A stretch of DNA of 64,000 nucleotides from an uncultured Alphaproteobacteria bacterium (lineage in GTDB: Bacteria; Pseudomonadota; Alphaproteobacteria; RF32; CAG-239), in contig CALXPU010000003.1 of NCBI GenBank assembly GCA_944390455.1, positions 5,099 through 69,098 of the forward strand, read 5' to 3'. The notes beneath the pieces were generated by a model. That model saw nothing but the letters and a program-made list of their open reading frames with translations, had not been told where the DNA came from and made no database searches. The translations under genes and the position numbers were made by a program. Shown piece after piece: positions 10,403-20,700 of the stretch (position 1 is the first letter of the stretch; each line of letters starts with the position of its first letter).

Positions 10403-11017
10403 ATGAAAAGTATTGTTAACGCTAAAAAGAAAAATAGCCGTCGTTACGGTCAAAATCTGTGGGGTGATGCTAACAGCCCTATTTTGAAGAGAAATTATGC
10501 TCCTGGTCAACATGGTCAAAGAAGAAAAAAGACTACTGACTATGGTGAGCAATTATATGCTAAACAAAGATTAAAAGTTTACTATGGTAACATTTCTGAA
10601 AAGCAATTCTATAAATATTATGAAGAAGCTATTCGTAGAAAAGGTGATACAGCTGAAAACCTTATCGGTTTGTTAGAGTCTCGTTTGGACAACTTGGTTT
10701 ACAAAGCTAAATTTGCTTCTACAGTTTTTGCGGCTCGTCAATTTGTTAACCATGGTCACGTTACAGTTAACGGTAAGAAAGTTAACATTCCTTCTTATAT
10801 GGTTAAAGCAGGTGATGTTATTGAAGTTCGTGAAAACTCTAAGCAATTAGCTGTTGTTTTGGCTGCTATTCAATCTCAAACACGTGACTTCCCTTCTTAC
10901 TTGGAAGTTGATGCTTCTAAATTAACAGCTAAGTATTCTTTCGTTCCGAAATTTGATGACGTTCCTTACGCTGCTCAAATGGAACCAAACTTGGTTATCG
11001 AGTTCTACTCCAGATAA
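10403..11017 (+). CDS. rpsD: 30S ribosomal protein S4
   Basis: [39 protein letters not shown]-terminal VIEFYSR. Confidence 0.98.
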   Translation: MKSIVNAKKKNSRRYGQNLWGDANSPILKRNYAPGQHGQRRKKTTDYGEQLYAKQRLKVYYGNISEKQFYKYYEEAIRRKGDTAENLIGLLESRLDNLVYKAKFASTVFAARQFVNHGHVTVNGKKVNIPSYMVKAGDVIEVRENSKQLAVVLAAIQSQTRDFPSYLEVDASKLTAKYSFVPKFDDVPYAAQMEPNLVIEFYSR

Positions 11018-11072
11018 TAGCTGTAATATGGCGGTTTCCTTATTGCGAATCGCTTATAAAATGCAAAATTTT

Positions 11073-11102
11073 AAGCAGAGTTTCGGCTCTGCTTTTTTTT
11101 TG
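11073..11102 (+). terminator. rpsD terminator
   Basis: AAGCAGAGT-TTCG-GCTCTGCTT plus T run. Confidence 0.85.
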
Positions 11103-11337
11103 CTTTCCTTCCTTCAACCGACTATTGGCCCGAAATTCTCTCTTTTTAATTCTTCTGCTGTACTGCAACAACACCACTTTATCTATCACTAATATAAGTA
11201 AAACGTTTCTGTGTCGTTCTTTTTGAAAATTTGTGTAGTGATTATTTATCCTTTGGACACATTTTTATTGACAAAAACACAAATACTCCTTATAGTTTTG
11301 GCAACTAAATATTATTATTCACTTAAATTTATCAGTT

Positions 11338-12411
11338 ATGGAAAAAAATTATTGGAAATTTGTTGAACAAACACGAGATGTGTTGGAAGCGTTGGAATGT
11401 TATTGGGGCTTTTTCGGTGAAAGAACAGTTAATATGGAAGATCCTGATGAACTGCTTTTTTATCCTAATGGCTTTTTTACTATTAAGGATCCTGAAACAT
11501 ATCATTTGCAAGTTTATGATAATCGTTGTCGCTTGATTGCTAAAGACGCATTTGATTTTCATGGATTTGAAAATGGATATTATGCTCTTTCTGCAGAAAA
11601 TGAGAAATCGTATCAATTTTATAATCCTCAAGGAGAGATGATTGCTTGCTACGATAATGTTCTCTATCTCGGGCAATATAGACATTTTGTATTACGCAAA
11701 GATAACAAGTTTTTTGTTTTGCCGGTAGATGATTTATCCCAAGGGCGCGCTCTTGGATCTGTACACCATGTCTGTTGCTTTAGAGATGCGGATGATGGTA
11801 AAATCGCTTTTTATCAAGAAGATGGCGTCGTCTTGTATGATAAGGATTTTTGTAAAATCCATCTTATTCCTCATATTAGCGGTGTTGATTTTTTCGCTGG
11901 TGGTAATTTTATTGTTTGGACTGAGAAAAAAGGTATCCTCTATGGTCCAACTTACATCCCATTACTTGATGATCTGGACGTTAATTATCGTTGGTTAGTT
12001 CAAAAGAAACTGTGTCGAAATATGGATGCAACGTATGACTGTCTGACAGCAAAACCCGTTGATGAATATCAATGTCTGCCAGGCGCTCCTAACTGTAAAT
12101 TTTCGGTTTCCAGTGTCGGTAATGTCTTTCTATGCTTTAGTAACGGAGAAAAATTCGCTATCCAAGATGATGATTTTGTTTTCGTTTTTGCAAAAAAATT
12201 TATTGGTCTTGTTCGTCAAAATCGCCTTTTGGTTTTGGCTCTTGATATTCCGCTACAACAGCAAAAGATGCTCTTTGATGCCTTTATTCGTAAAGTGCCA
12301 GGGGAAGATATTTCAGAATCTCTGTTTGACTATGGGCAGAAATTTATCTCGCTTGTGCAAGGCGATACTTTAAACAAACGCGAAATTCTGCGTTATTTAT
12401 TATCGCACTAA
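11338..12411 (+). CDS. Hypothetical beta-rich protein (stand-alone, no SD sequence)
   Basis: 357-aa ORF; TTGACA-N17-TATAGT promoter at about 11267-11296; terminator downstream. Confidence 0.65.
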   Translation: MEKNYWKFVEQTRDVLEALECYWGFFGERTVNMEDPDELLFYPNGFFTIKDPETYHLQVYDNRCRLIAKDAFDFHGFENGYYALSAENEKSYQFYNPQGEMIACYDNVLYLGQYRHFVLRKDNKFFVLPVDDLSQGRALGSVHHVCCFRDADDGKIAFYQEDGVVLYDKDFCKIHLIPHISGVDFFAGGNFIVWTEKKGILYGPTYIPLLDDLDVNYRWLVQKKLCRNMDATYDCLTAKPVDEYQCLPGAPNCKFSVSSVGNVFLCFSNGEKFAIQDDDFVFVFAKKFIGLVRQNRLLVLALDIPLQQQKMLFDAFIRKVPGEDISESLFDYGQKFISLVQGDTLNKREILRYLLSH

Positions 12412-12430
12412 GCTGTGTTTGTTCTATTTC

Positions 12431-12456
12431 AAGCCCTCTTCGGAGGGCTTTTTTTT
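12431..12456 (+). terminator. Rho-independent terminator
   Basis: AAGCCCTC-TTCG-GAGGGCTT plus T run. Confidence 0.85.
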
Positions 12457-12537
12457 ATTTTTCTTATCTCTTCCCCCTTTACTCTTTGTTCTTCTTAGGT
12501 TATAATTAGTGTAGGATTAACAGCTCACAGAGGTTTT

Positions 12538-13431
12538 ATGTTTATTGTCTTTATTGCTTTACTTGCTCCTTTCTTCACGTCTTTTGCTAATATCATTGAG
12601 TGCAAACTTTCTAATAATAATTTTAAGCATCCGCTCACTATGATTTTTTACATTTCTTTGATGAACTGCGTCTTTTTGCCTCTGCTACTCTTCTTTGGTA
12701 TGCCTACCTTACCGACACTTAGTGTCTTACCTTTTTATCTTATCTTGGCGGTTATTGATGTTGTTTACCTTTACCCTTACTATAAAGCGATGAAGGTAAT
12801 TGATACCTCTATCGTATCAGCCCTCTTCTCTTTGGGACAAATTACCATACCGATTATGACTTATTTGTTTTTGGATGAACATTTACAAACATCTCAGTAT
12901 TTTGGCTTTGTTCTCATTATCTTGGCTTCCATTGTGCTGAGCATCAACGATTTCAAAATACCGAAACTTAATCGCGCTTTTTATTATATGCTCTTGGTTT
13001 CATTCTTAAGAGCTTTTTACGTCGTTATCCAAAAATGCGCCTTTCAATATGACGATAGCTGGATTAATATGATGATTTATGTAAACACACTTTCCGGCTT
13101 CTTACCGTTTCTGCTTTTTTTGCATCCGACTTCTGCGGAACGCATCAAAAAAGCATTTAGCTCTTATCGTAAAAGAACTAAAATATTTTGCTTAAATGAA
13201 CTCTTATGTTTCCTCGGCGGCGCCGCGTTTATTTTCGCTTTATCTAAAATGTCCGCCGTTACCCTTTCGGCTATCAATGCCACCGCACCTATCTTTATGC
13301 TCTTTATCAGTCTTACCTTAAAGAAAATATTTGATATTCGTGTTAAAGAAACTATTTCTCCTCTTATTATGGCTAAAAAGGTGGTTTGCTTTGTCGTTAT
13401 TGTTGTCGGTGTGATTATGGTTTCTATATAA
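12538..13431 (+). CDS. EamA/DMT family transporter
   Basis: About 10 TM helices in two repeats; YYKAMK..DTSIVS.LF and LFLDE.L motifs. Confidence 0.8.
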   Translation: MFIVFIALLAPFFTSFANIIECKLSNNNFKHPLTMIFYISLMNCVFLPLLLFFGMPTLPTLSVLPFYLILAVIDVVYLYPYYKAMKVIDTSIVSALFSLGQITIPIMTYLFLDEHLQTSQYFGFVLIILASIVLSINDFKIPKLNRAFYYMLLVSFLRAFYVVIQKCAFQYDDSWINMMIYVNTLSGFLPFLLFLHPTSAERIKKAFSSYRKRTKIFCLNELLCFLGGAAFIFALSKMSAVTLSAINATAPIFMLFISLTLKKIFDIRVKETISPLIMAKKVVCFVVIVVGVIMVSI

Positions 13432-14380
13432 TCTTACATTTCTTTCGTAGGTTTATTAATTTTAGCGGGGTTTTAGTATGCGCACGTTTATATGCTGTAG
13501 CCTTTTTCGCTATATAATTATATAATCGCTGCATTTTTTGATTTCCTGTTGCAGCCAAATCTTCTGGATGTCCTTGCACGCATAAAATCCCAGCTGTCTC
13601 ATTCCCCCAAATTTCTGGAATTCCGTCGGCATCAGAAACCGCATACATATCCATTTTCACTAGCGGCGTTCCTTCTACATAATCTTGTAACGCAGGATGA
13701 ACCATAGCCTGATTGTGACGCGAATTTATCATGATTTTATCTTCGTCTGAGGCTAAACCCATAATGTCATATATTGGTGTACCTTTTATCAACTTCAATC
13801 CATGGATACGGACATCTGTTTCCGCTTTTGGTTTATGAACTGTCTTTTTTGACACTTCTTTTTCAATGCTGCGGTACATTTTCATATTACCCAACAGCGC
13901 ACCAATCATTTGCGCACCGGCACAAATTCCCAACATAGGTTTATGATTACGATGGGCTTCGGTTATCGCTGCTTTGTAAGCAAAAAAGCGTTTTCCTTCT
14001 TTACCTCCCATATCTTTGCCATCAATAAAGAAATCTTCCGGATTATCAAAGGCCCCTCCCGGTAAAATAACACCATCGCAACCTTTCATCTGTTGATAGG
14101 TACTCTCATAGTCTAAAAACTTTATCTCCGCACCTGTTGACAACGCCGCTTGCGCATAGGTCAATCCTATGGTGTAATATTCTTCACCATTATCACCTTT
14201 ATCTTGCCCTAATAGAAAGCCGACAGTCGGTCGATCTGTGCTTTTATTTTCATATAATTCTTTATGAAAGCGAATATCGGCAACTATTCCCTGTTTCTTT
14301 AATTCTTCTATTTCTTTTTTAGGTATACCGAAACTCTTAAATTCTTCCAGATACTCCAGATATATCGTTTTAGTTTTCAT
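13424..14380 (-). CDS. Class I glutamine amidotransferase, peptidase C26/PuuD-like
   Basis: GVILPGG, nucleophile elbow LGICAGAQ, INSRHNQA, QGHPE. Confidence 0.85.
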   Translation of the reverse strand: MKTKTIYLEYLEEFKSFGIPKKEIEELKKQGIVADIRFHKELYENKSTDRPTVGFLLGQDKGDNGEEYYTIGLTYAQAALSTGAEIKFLDYESTYQQMKGCDGVILPGGAFDNPEDFFIDGKDMGGKEGKRFFAYKAAITEAHRNHKPMLGICAGAQMIGALLGNMKMYRSIEKEVSKKTVHKPKAETDVRIHGLKLIKGTPIYDIMGLASDEDKIMINSRHNQAMVHPALQDYVEGTPLVKMDMYAVSDADGIPEIWGNETAGILCVQGHPEDLAATGNQKMQRLYNYIAKKATAYKRAHTKTPLKLINLRKKCKII

Positions 14381-14472
14381 TGTAAAAACTCCTTTTTTGC
14401 ATATACCTAAGTTTACCCAAAAAACAGGTAGCTGTCAATTATTCATTTTTACGTCTTTTCTACTTTCTGAGG

Positions 14473-15183
14473 TTATATTTCCAAATACTTCAACACATCA
14501 TCCGGATTATTTACCGCAACGACTTCCGTATTTTCCATATTCCGCAGAGCTTCGGCCAACGTATAGTCGTTTCCTCCTTTTTCGGTTCTATCGCCTAAAA
14601 AGATGATTTTATGATTTGGATACATTTCTCTTACCTTGTGCGCAATTTGCCCTTTACTGCAGCCTTTGGTCACTATATCAACGGATATTTTTCCGCCGAC
14701 ACTGGCTTCATAATCCGGGAAATTATCATTTATTTCTTTAACGACGGCTTCTCGTTCATGATGCTCATTATCCCATTCATTATACTTTGCTCTCTCAGTA
14801 AACGGACAATTTCGCCCTAATACGCTAAAGTTCAGCATTCCCGGACGCAACTCCAGATAATTTCCGTATAATTGTCCTTCATACTTGGTATTGCGGCGGT
14901 AGCGTTCTAAGGTTTGTAACAATTCTTTCTTTAATTTTATCTCGTGGCGATATATTTCTTCGCCTTTTTTATGAAAGACATTACCCATTGAACTGTATAT
15001 ACCACTAAATGCACCAATCGCATCCGATGGTATTTGTTCGCAAACTTTTTCAAAGTTTGAGCCGGCGGCTAAATAAGCTAAATGAGATTTTAACCACGGA
15101 ATAAATCTCCGACTAAAGTCAGGCGTCATTGGCTGGCGCGCTGGGGTTATTGTTCCGTCCATATCAAATATATATATCTTCAT
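14473..15183 (-). CDS. HAD-IIB hydrolase of the eukaryote-type phosphomannomutase family
   Basis: FDMDGTIT.AR, ELRPGMLNFS.LGR, GG.IS.DI, FLGDR...GGNDY. Confidence 0.85.
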   Translation of the reverse strand: MKIYIFDMDGTITPARQPMTPDFSRRFIPWLKSHLAYLAAGSNFEKVCEQIPSDAIGAFSGIYSSMGNVFHKKGEEIYRHEIKLKKELLQTLERYRRNTKYEGQLYGNYLELRPGMLNFSVLGRNCPFTERAKYNEWDNEHHEREAVVKEINDNFPDYEASVGGKISVDIVTKGCSKGQIAHKVREMYPNHKIIFLGDRTEKGGNDYTLAEALRNMENTEVVAVNNPDDVLKYLEI

Positions 15184-15256
15184 AGCGTCTCCTTTCTTAC
15201 AAATGCGTGTACAGAGACTGGACTTACGGCTAATTTATTCCGTTACTATCTCATCA

Positions 15257-15571
15257 CTACTTATCCGCTACGCATTTATAATAAGCTTTGGAGGGTACAA
15301 AAAGTCTGCAACTAAATATATCATTGTCTATCTCTTCGGCATGCGTCTTTTCTTTATGCTGACGACATAGCTCATCGGCCTGAGCTTTTACCTCTTCTCT
15401 GTCATAAAATAAAGGATTATAGCATATTGCCGGACGTCCAGGTTTGGATGCTCCAACATATACGTATTCCGTTCCGGGCTCACGTCTTCTGTCCTCAAAA
15501 GGTGCAAACTGTGAGCACGCACTAATTAAGCAAAACATAGATAATAACAATGATAATTTTAGTGTGGACAA
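15257..15571 (-). CDS. Small Cys-containing lipoprotein
   Basis: Lipobox ISAC; four further Cys in the mature part. Confidence 0.7.
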   Translation of the reverse strand: MSTLKLSLLLSMFCLISACSQFAPFEDRRREPGTEYVYVGASKPGRPAICYNPLFYDREEVKAQADELCRQHKEKTHAEEIDNDIFSCRLFVPSKAYYKCVADK

Positions 15572-15629
15572 TTTGTAAAACTCCCGTTAAATTGTGTATG
15601 TTAGTCATTATATATAAAGATGAATTAAA

Positions 15630-16241
15630 ATGCAAAGTGAAAATGTATATATTGGGGATGATAAATTTCAACGCTTCCTCGCTCATTATAATTGTCCGAC
15701 ACCGGTTGATGTTGCTAAACTGAAATTTGCCGGTGCTATCTGTAGTCCTAACCCAAACTTGAGACCGACTGATGTTATTGCGTCTTTCTTTCCGGATAAC
15801 GCTCAACCTCGCTTAACCACTAAAGCTGAAGCTGAGTTGTTCTTTAAGTTTTTTATGGGACTTTGGGACCAGATGTTTGTTGAAATTAAAACGAACACTC
15901 TTGAATTACCTAAATTTCAAGGTGATATTCACGACGCTCAAAGTCTTATTGAATTATGCTACAACCGTTCTGACCAAATTGAATGCGGTTTTGTTGAAGG
16001 CTTTTGGGGCGGTTGTGAAACCCTTAATATCCCTAATTTTGCAGCTGAATTAATCTCTTCTCTTTCTGATATGGCCGGTGTTTATGCTATGCTTGCTAAA
16101 AAGCTTTCTCAATCAGAAAAGCCTGATGATATTTATCCGGTTATCGTTAATACCGATCAAATGGTGCTCAAAACCTTGCACTTCTTGATTGAACATTTGG
16201 TATTACCTCACATTGAACAATTACAGAGAAGTGTTAATTAG
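15630..16241 (+). CDS. UPF0149/YecA-like protein
   Basis: GAICSP, GF..GF pattern, helical fold expected. Confidence 0.55.
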   Translation: MQSENVYIGDDKFQRFLAHYNCPTPVDVAKLKFAGAICSPNPNLRPTDVIASFFPDNAQPRLTTKAEAELFFKFFMGLWDQMFVEIKTNTLELPKFQGDIHDAQSLIELCYNRSDQIECGFVEGFWGGCETLNIPNFAAELISSLSDMAGVYAMLAKKLSQSEKPDDIYPVIVNTDQMVLKTLHFLIEHLVLPHIEQLQRSVN

Positions 16242-16264
16242 CTTTTTTTATAGGAGTTTTTAAT

Positions 16265-16795
16265 ATGGAATTATATGAAGGTCTTTTAACCAGACGTTCT
16301 ATCAGAAAATATAATCCTGAAAAAAAATTGTCTGATGAACAAATTATTGAACTTTTACGGGCTGCTAGCTATGCGCCTTCCGCTCATAATAAACAACCTT
16401 GGCATTTCTTGGTTTTAAAAGATGCTGAAACTTTGCGCACCTTAAGACAACTTCAACCTTGGACTTCTTTTGCTAAAGATGCAGCTTGTGTTGTTATTGT
16501 TTGCGCTGATGAAGTTGAATGTTTCCACCGCGAAAAAGAAGGTTGGAATTATGCGCAAATTGATGGTTCTTTGGCTGCAGAAAACCTTTTGTTAGCTTGT
16601 CATGCCAAAGGTTTAGGCGCATGTTTTTGCGGGGCAGCTCCAATGCCGATGGTTGTTGATAATTTACGCAGAAAGTTTAATATGCCGGAAACAATGCTCC
16701 CAATTGCAATTGTTACTATCGGTTATCCAGAAGAAGAACCGAAACAACCAGAAGATAGATTTAATCCTGACAAAGTACATTGGGAAACTTTCTAA
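16265..16795 (+). CDS. Nitroreductase family protein
   Basis: RRSIRKY, APSAHNKQPWHF, ENLLLA.HA.GLGAC, IGYP. Confidence 0.92.
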   Translation: MELYEGLLTRRSIRKYNPEKKLSDEQIIELLRAASYAPSAHNKQPWHFLVLKDAETLRTLRQLQPWTSFAKDAACVVIVCADEVECFHREKEGWNYAQIDGSLAAENLLLACHAKGLGACFCGAAPMPMVVDNLRRKFNMPETMLPIAIVTIGYPEEEPKQPEDRFNPDKVHWETF

Positions 16796-16812
16796 TATTT
16801 CGTTTTATACAG

Positions 16813-16851
16813 AAAAGCCTCGCAGAATATTTCTACGAGGCTTTTGTTTTT
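16813..16851. terminator. Bidirectional terminator
   Basis: AAAAGCCTCG..CGAGGCTTTT between convergent genes. Confidence 0.75.
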
Positions 16852-16862
16852 TGTGTTACAGT

Positions 16863-17606
16863 TTACATAGTTGCATAACGCGCAAAGTAGGTTTCTACCT
16901 CTTTACGATTACCGCGTTCCAACAGCTCATCCTCGGCTTCAAGCCCTTTGATTGATTCTTGAATATAATCCATGATAGCATTGTGGTTGCCACTCTTGAT
17001 AAGCAAACGCTGCGCGTCAATACATAAATCTTTGTGTTTAAGGATATAATCTCTGACACATTGTTCGCACTTGTCTATTAAACTATCACGTCCAGAGCCT
17101 AAGTTCAAATAGCTCATTAGCTCCTTTTGCCCTTCAGGCGATAATTCATGCTTATTCAGATATTTTGCAACTGCCTTAACACCATCCAGATTATTTGTAT
17201 TGCGGCTTTCCTCCAAGCTTTGTTGAAGTAAGTAAACTTCAGCTTGAGAAGACAGCTTTCTCTGAATTTTTGTTTTTTTATCAATCAGTAGCTTTTCCAA
17301 TTCCCAGCACCAAATACAATTTTCTATCATCCAATCTTTAATCTTATCTGATTCAGATGAATGATTATATATATGCATCTGGGCTTCACTACTCAGAGGT
17401 GTTTTCGTTCCGAAAACTTCTAACATGGCTTTGATTTCGGTTTTATTCCCTCTCTTGATAATCGCCATTTGTTCTTCTGAACTGATGTCCTTTTTACCTG
17501 ACTTCTGCTGTTCAATCTTTTCCATTACAGCGTGATGTTGCTTTCTTTCTTCTTCTGCAGTTTCGCGTAATCGGCTGATTTCTGCAACACTGATTTTTTC
17601 TTCCAT
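16863..17606 (-). CDS. Hypothetical helical-repeat protein (stand-alone, no SD sequence)
   Basis: Repeated LS.EAQ/E..LI..GN motifs. Confidence 0.65.
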   Translation of the reverse strand: MEEKISVAEISRLRETAEEERKQHHAVMEKIEQQKSGKKDISSEEQMAIIKRGNKTEIKAMLEVFGTKTPLSSEAQMHIYNHSSESDKIKDWMIENCIWCWELEKLLIDKKTKIQRKLSSQAEVYLLQQSLEESRNTNNLDGVKAVAKYLNKHELSPEGQKELMSYLNLGSGRDSLIDKCEQCVRDYILKHKDLCIDAQRLLIKSGNHNAIMDYIQESIKGLEAEDELLERGNRKEVETYFARYATM

Positions 17607-17727
17607 AATTTGTACATTTTAATTGATTTGACATATGTATATTTTATCGCTTTTTGATGTATTGCAGATTTCATTTTTTGTCAATCTATTTTCTTAAAAC
17701 AAAAAGGGGAGCTTGCGCCCCCTCTTC

Positions 17728-20700
17728 TTATTTATAGATATCGTAGAGTTTTTTTAAGACTTCCGGTACATCTACTTTTAATTCCGCTAAAACATATGCA
17801 GCTGTATCCAAGTTTAATCTAGCAATTGACTTAATGCTATATTTATCTTGGTTTTCAATCCAGCGCGGATTATTGTAATCTACCCAATAACGTTCACGAT
17901 ATGACGGAATTGTCTGTACGCTTGGTTTTTGAATATGTAATTTTCCGCTCGGTGCAAGGTAGGCAAATTTTACCAAACTACCATCTTTATCATAAGATTT
18001 AACAGAAATTTCCCCATTGTTGTAGAATATTATTTCTGTCTTTACTTTACCATTGCCATAATATTCCACAACGGTATTGCTCTTGCCATCAGACTTAAAT
18101 TCTGATGTTACGCCGCCTTTCTTGCCATAAACTTTTAAGCTATCTTTCAAAAGACTGGTGCTATTTTTTGCCAAGTTTGTCGGCATATCTGCTTTATTGA
18201 GTTTTAATGACTTTATATCTCCTTTGTCATTATACTCTTTTTCTATAACAGCAATACCATGTTGCTCTGTTTCTTTAGACAATTTACCATCTTTAGCATA
18301 TTGTTTAGTTACAAACACTAATGGTCCTGTTTGTTCCGTTTCAGTTTTCACTTTACCTTCAGGATAGTATTCTTTATCACTAAACAATAAGGTTTCCGGT
18401 TTACGCTTTATTTCATAACGGGCATTTCCATTGTCGTAAAAATCTTCACGAGAAACAAAAGCCATAACTGCGTTATCAGTGTAAGCCTTGTGTGTCTTAC
18501 GACGTATCTCTCCGGAACCATAGTATTTTTCAATCAAAATACCATCTTTTTCGTACATTGTATCGGTTATCAGCAGACCTGTTTTGGAATATTCTTTAAT
18601 TTCTTCCGTACGGCCATCTTTTGTTTTTATAGTCTTACGAAGATTACCGTTCGGATAGTACAGTTTTTGTGTCTCTTCTTGAGCTTTTTCTGTTTGTTCA
18701 GCTTTTTGCCCCAAGTGTTCTTTAGATACAACATCTGCTAAATCCTCAATATCCGGCTTTGAAACGGGTCCGATATTTTTCGCAGCTAACTCTGCTTCTT
18801 TTTTGTCTTCCGCTGTCGGTATAATCGCATTTTTTACCTTAATATCTTCAAAAGATATCGGCTCCAAATCTTCTACCATCGGAGCAGCTTCCTCTGGTAA
18901 GATCGGAGATACTTCTACTTCTTTTTTATTAAGCTTGGTCGGAGCTTTTGTTTTTTCTGTTGCTTTTATATCAGCCTTTGGCGCACTCTCTTTAACTACT
19001 GCTTTAGGTGTAATTATCGGCAAAGCACTAGCTACCGGCTTGGAGGCACTGATTTCTAAAGTGTTTGTCGGTGCTTTTTCTTCTGAAACCTTTTCTTTCT
19101 CCTCTTTTATATCAGCTTTCGGAGAAACTTGAACTTCTTGCATCGTGGTTGTTTGATTACTCTCAGCTTTCAAGACAGGTGCGTTTTTCTCATCATTATC
19201 GCTAATCGGCTCTTCTGCTTCTGCAATAACCTTCGTTTCTTTTACAACATTTTCTACTGTTTGCGCTTTGTTATTATCCATAACCTTAGCTGTTTCAGCT
19301 ACATTTTCCGTTAAAATTGATTTTGCTTTATTCAACTGTTCAATCGTTTCAAAGGTTTTATCTTCTTTAGCTTCGGTTGCTTTGGATTGGTCTGCAATCT
19401 TTACTTCAGCAGGTGGAAGTATTTTTTCGGCTTCCGGCTTTGCAACGGATGACTGAGGCAAAGTTTCTTGAGGCGTTGCTACTTGTTCATATCCGCAGAT
19501 ATGACCACCTTTTATCAATTTATTCTCTTTGTAAACCAAGTACTCGCCCAGCGCTAAATTATATTCTATGTAATTGAACGGATTAGTTGCGTTTACTTCT
19601 CTGACATAGTCCAATTTATCGTCATAAAATCTGATAAATATGTCTTTGTTTTTACTAGGTTCCGCAATAAAAGCATCCTTCTTTTCATTTTGAGAATAAT
19701 TAGCGCTAAAAGCTAATTTTCCATCTTTATCATAACGTACATAGACTGATTTTGAGCCATCGTCCGCAATAGTTATCATTTCGTTTACAGCCCCGTTCGG
19801 GTGATAACTTCTGGAACTCTCAGCTTGTTTGTCTTGATTAAACGGTATTTCCGCAAGCAAATCTCCGTTCTCATTAAATTTCTGAGCAATTCCTTGTCTT
19901 TGTTTTTGATAATACGGAATACTATAAATGCGATTGCCTTTTTCGTCATAAACCGTTTCTGATGCGTATTCTCCACGGTTGTATCCGGTTGGGAAAACGG
20001 CTCTTAATCTATTTAAGCGATCATAGCAGGCATAATTGCTGTTTTCCGGCTTAAAGGAATTGAAGTCAATGCAATCCCAAGGAATATCAATTTCAAAGGC
20101 TTTCTTTATAGTGTTTATATTGGCATCAACTTCTAATTGCAACTCGTTACGCTTGTTTTCAAAATCAAGGCAGCCTTTATCCGGTTGGGATAATTCTCCT
20201 AATTTTGATGGATTAATCATTCTTTGTTGTGTTTGCGGTTCAGCACCATCAATTTTTCCATCTGTGAATTTAATTTCTCTGGCTTGTGGTCCATATATCT
20301 TGGCAACACCTTCTTTTATACCGTTTTTATATGGAAATTCCGCAGCAACGCCGCCTGTTGGGAAATAGCATGTTAGAGTTCCTGAAACTTTACCATTACT
20401 ATATCTCTTTCTAAAGGCAACTTCTTTACTTGGAAAATAACCATTGGCCATTCCGTCTTTTATACCTTGTTTGTAATTTATTTCTGCTGTTAAATTACCT
20501 GATGCATCAAATTTTTGCTCTACCCCATTTTTTAAGCCGCCGACATATGGAGTGATTTTCCTAATCATGCCTGTTTCATCATAGCTAATTTTTGAAGTCA
20601 TATTACCACGAATATCGGCGATTTCATAAACAAAATTTTCGCGATATGGCAATCCGCATTTGTTATATGAAATATCTCCCTCGTCTTCATATAACTCCAC

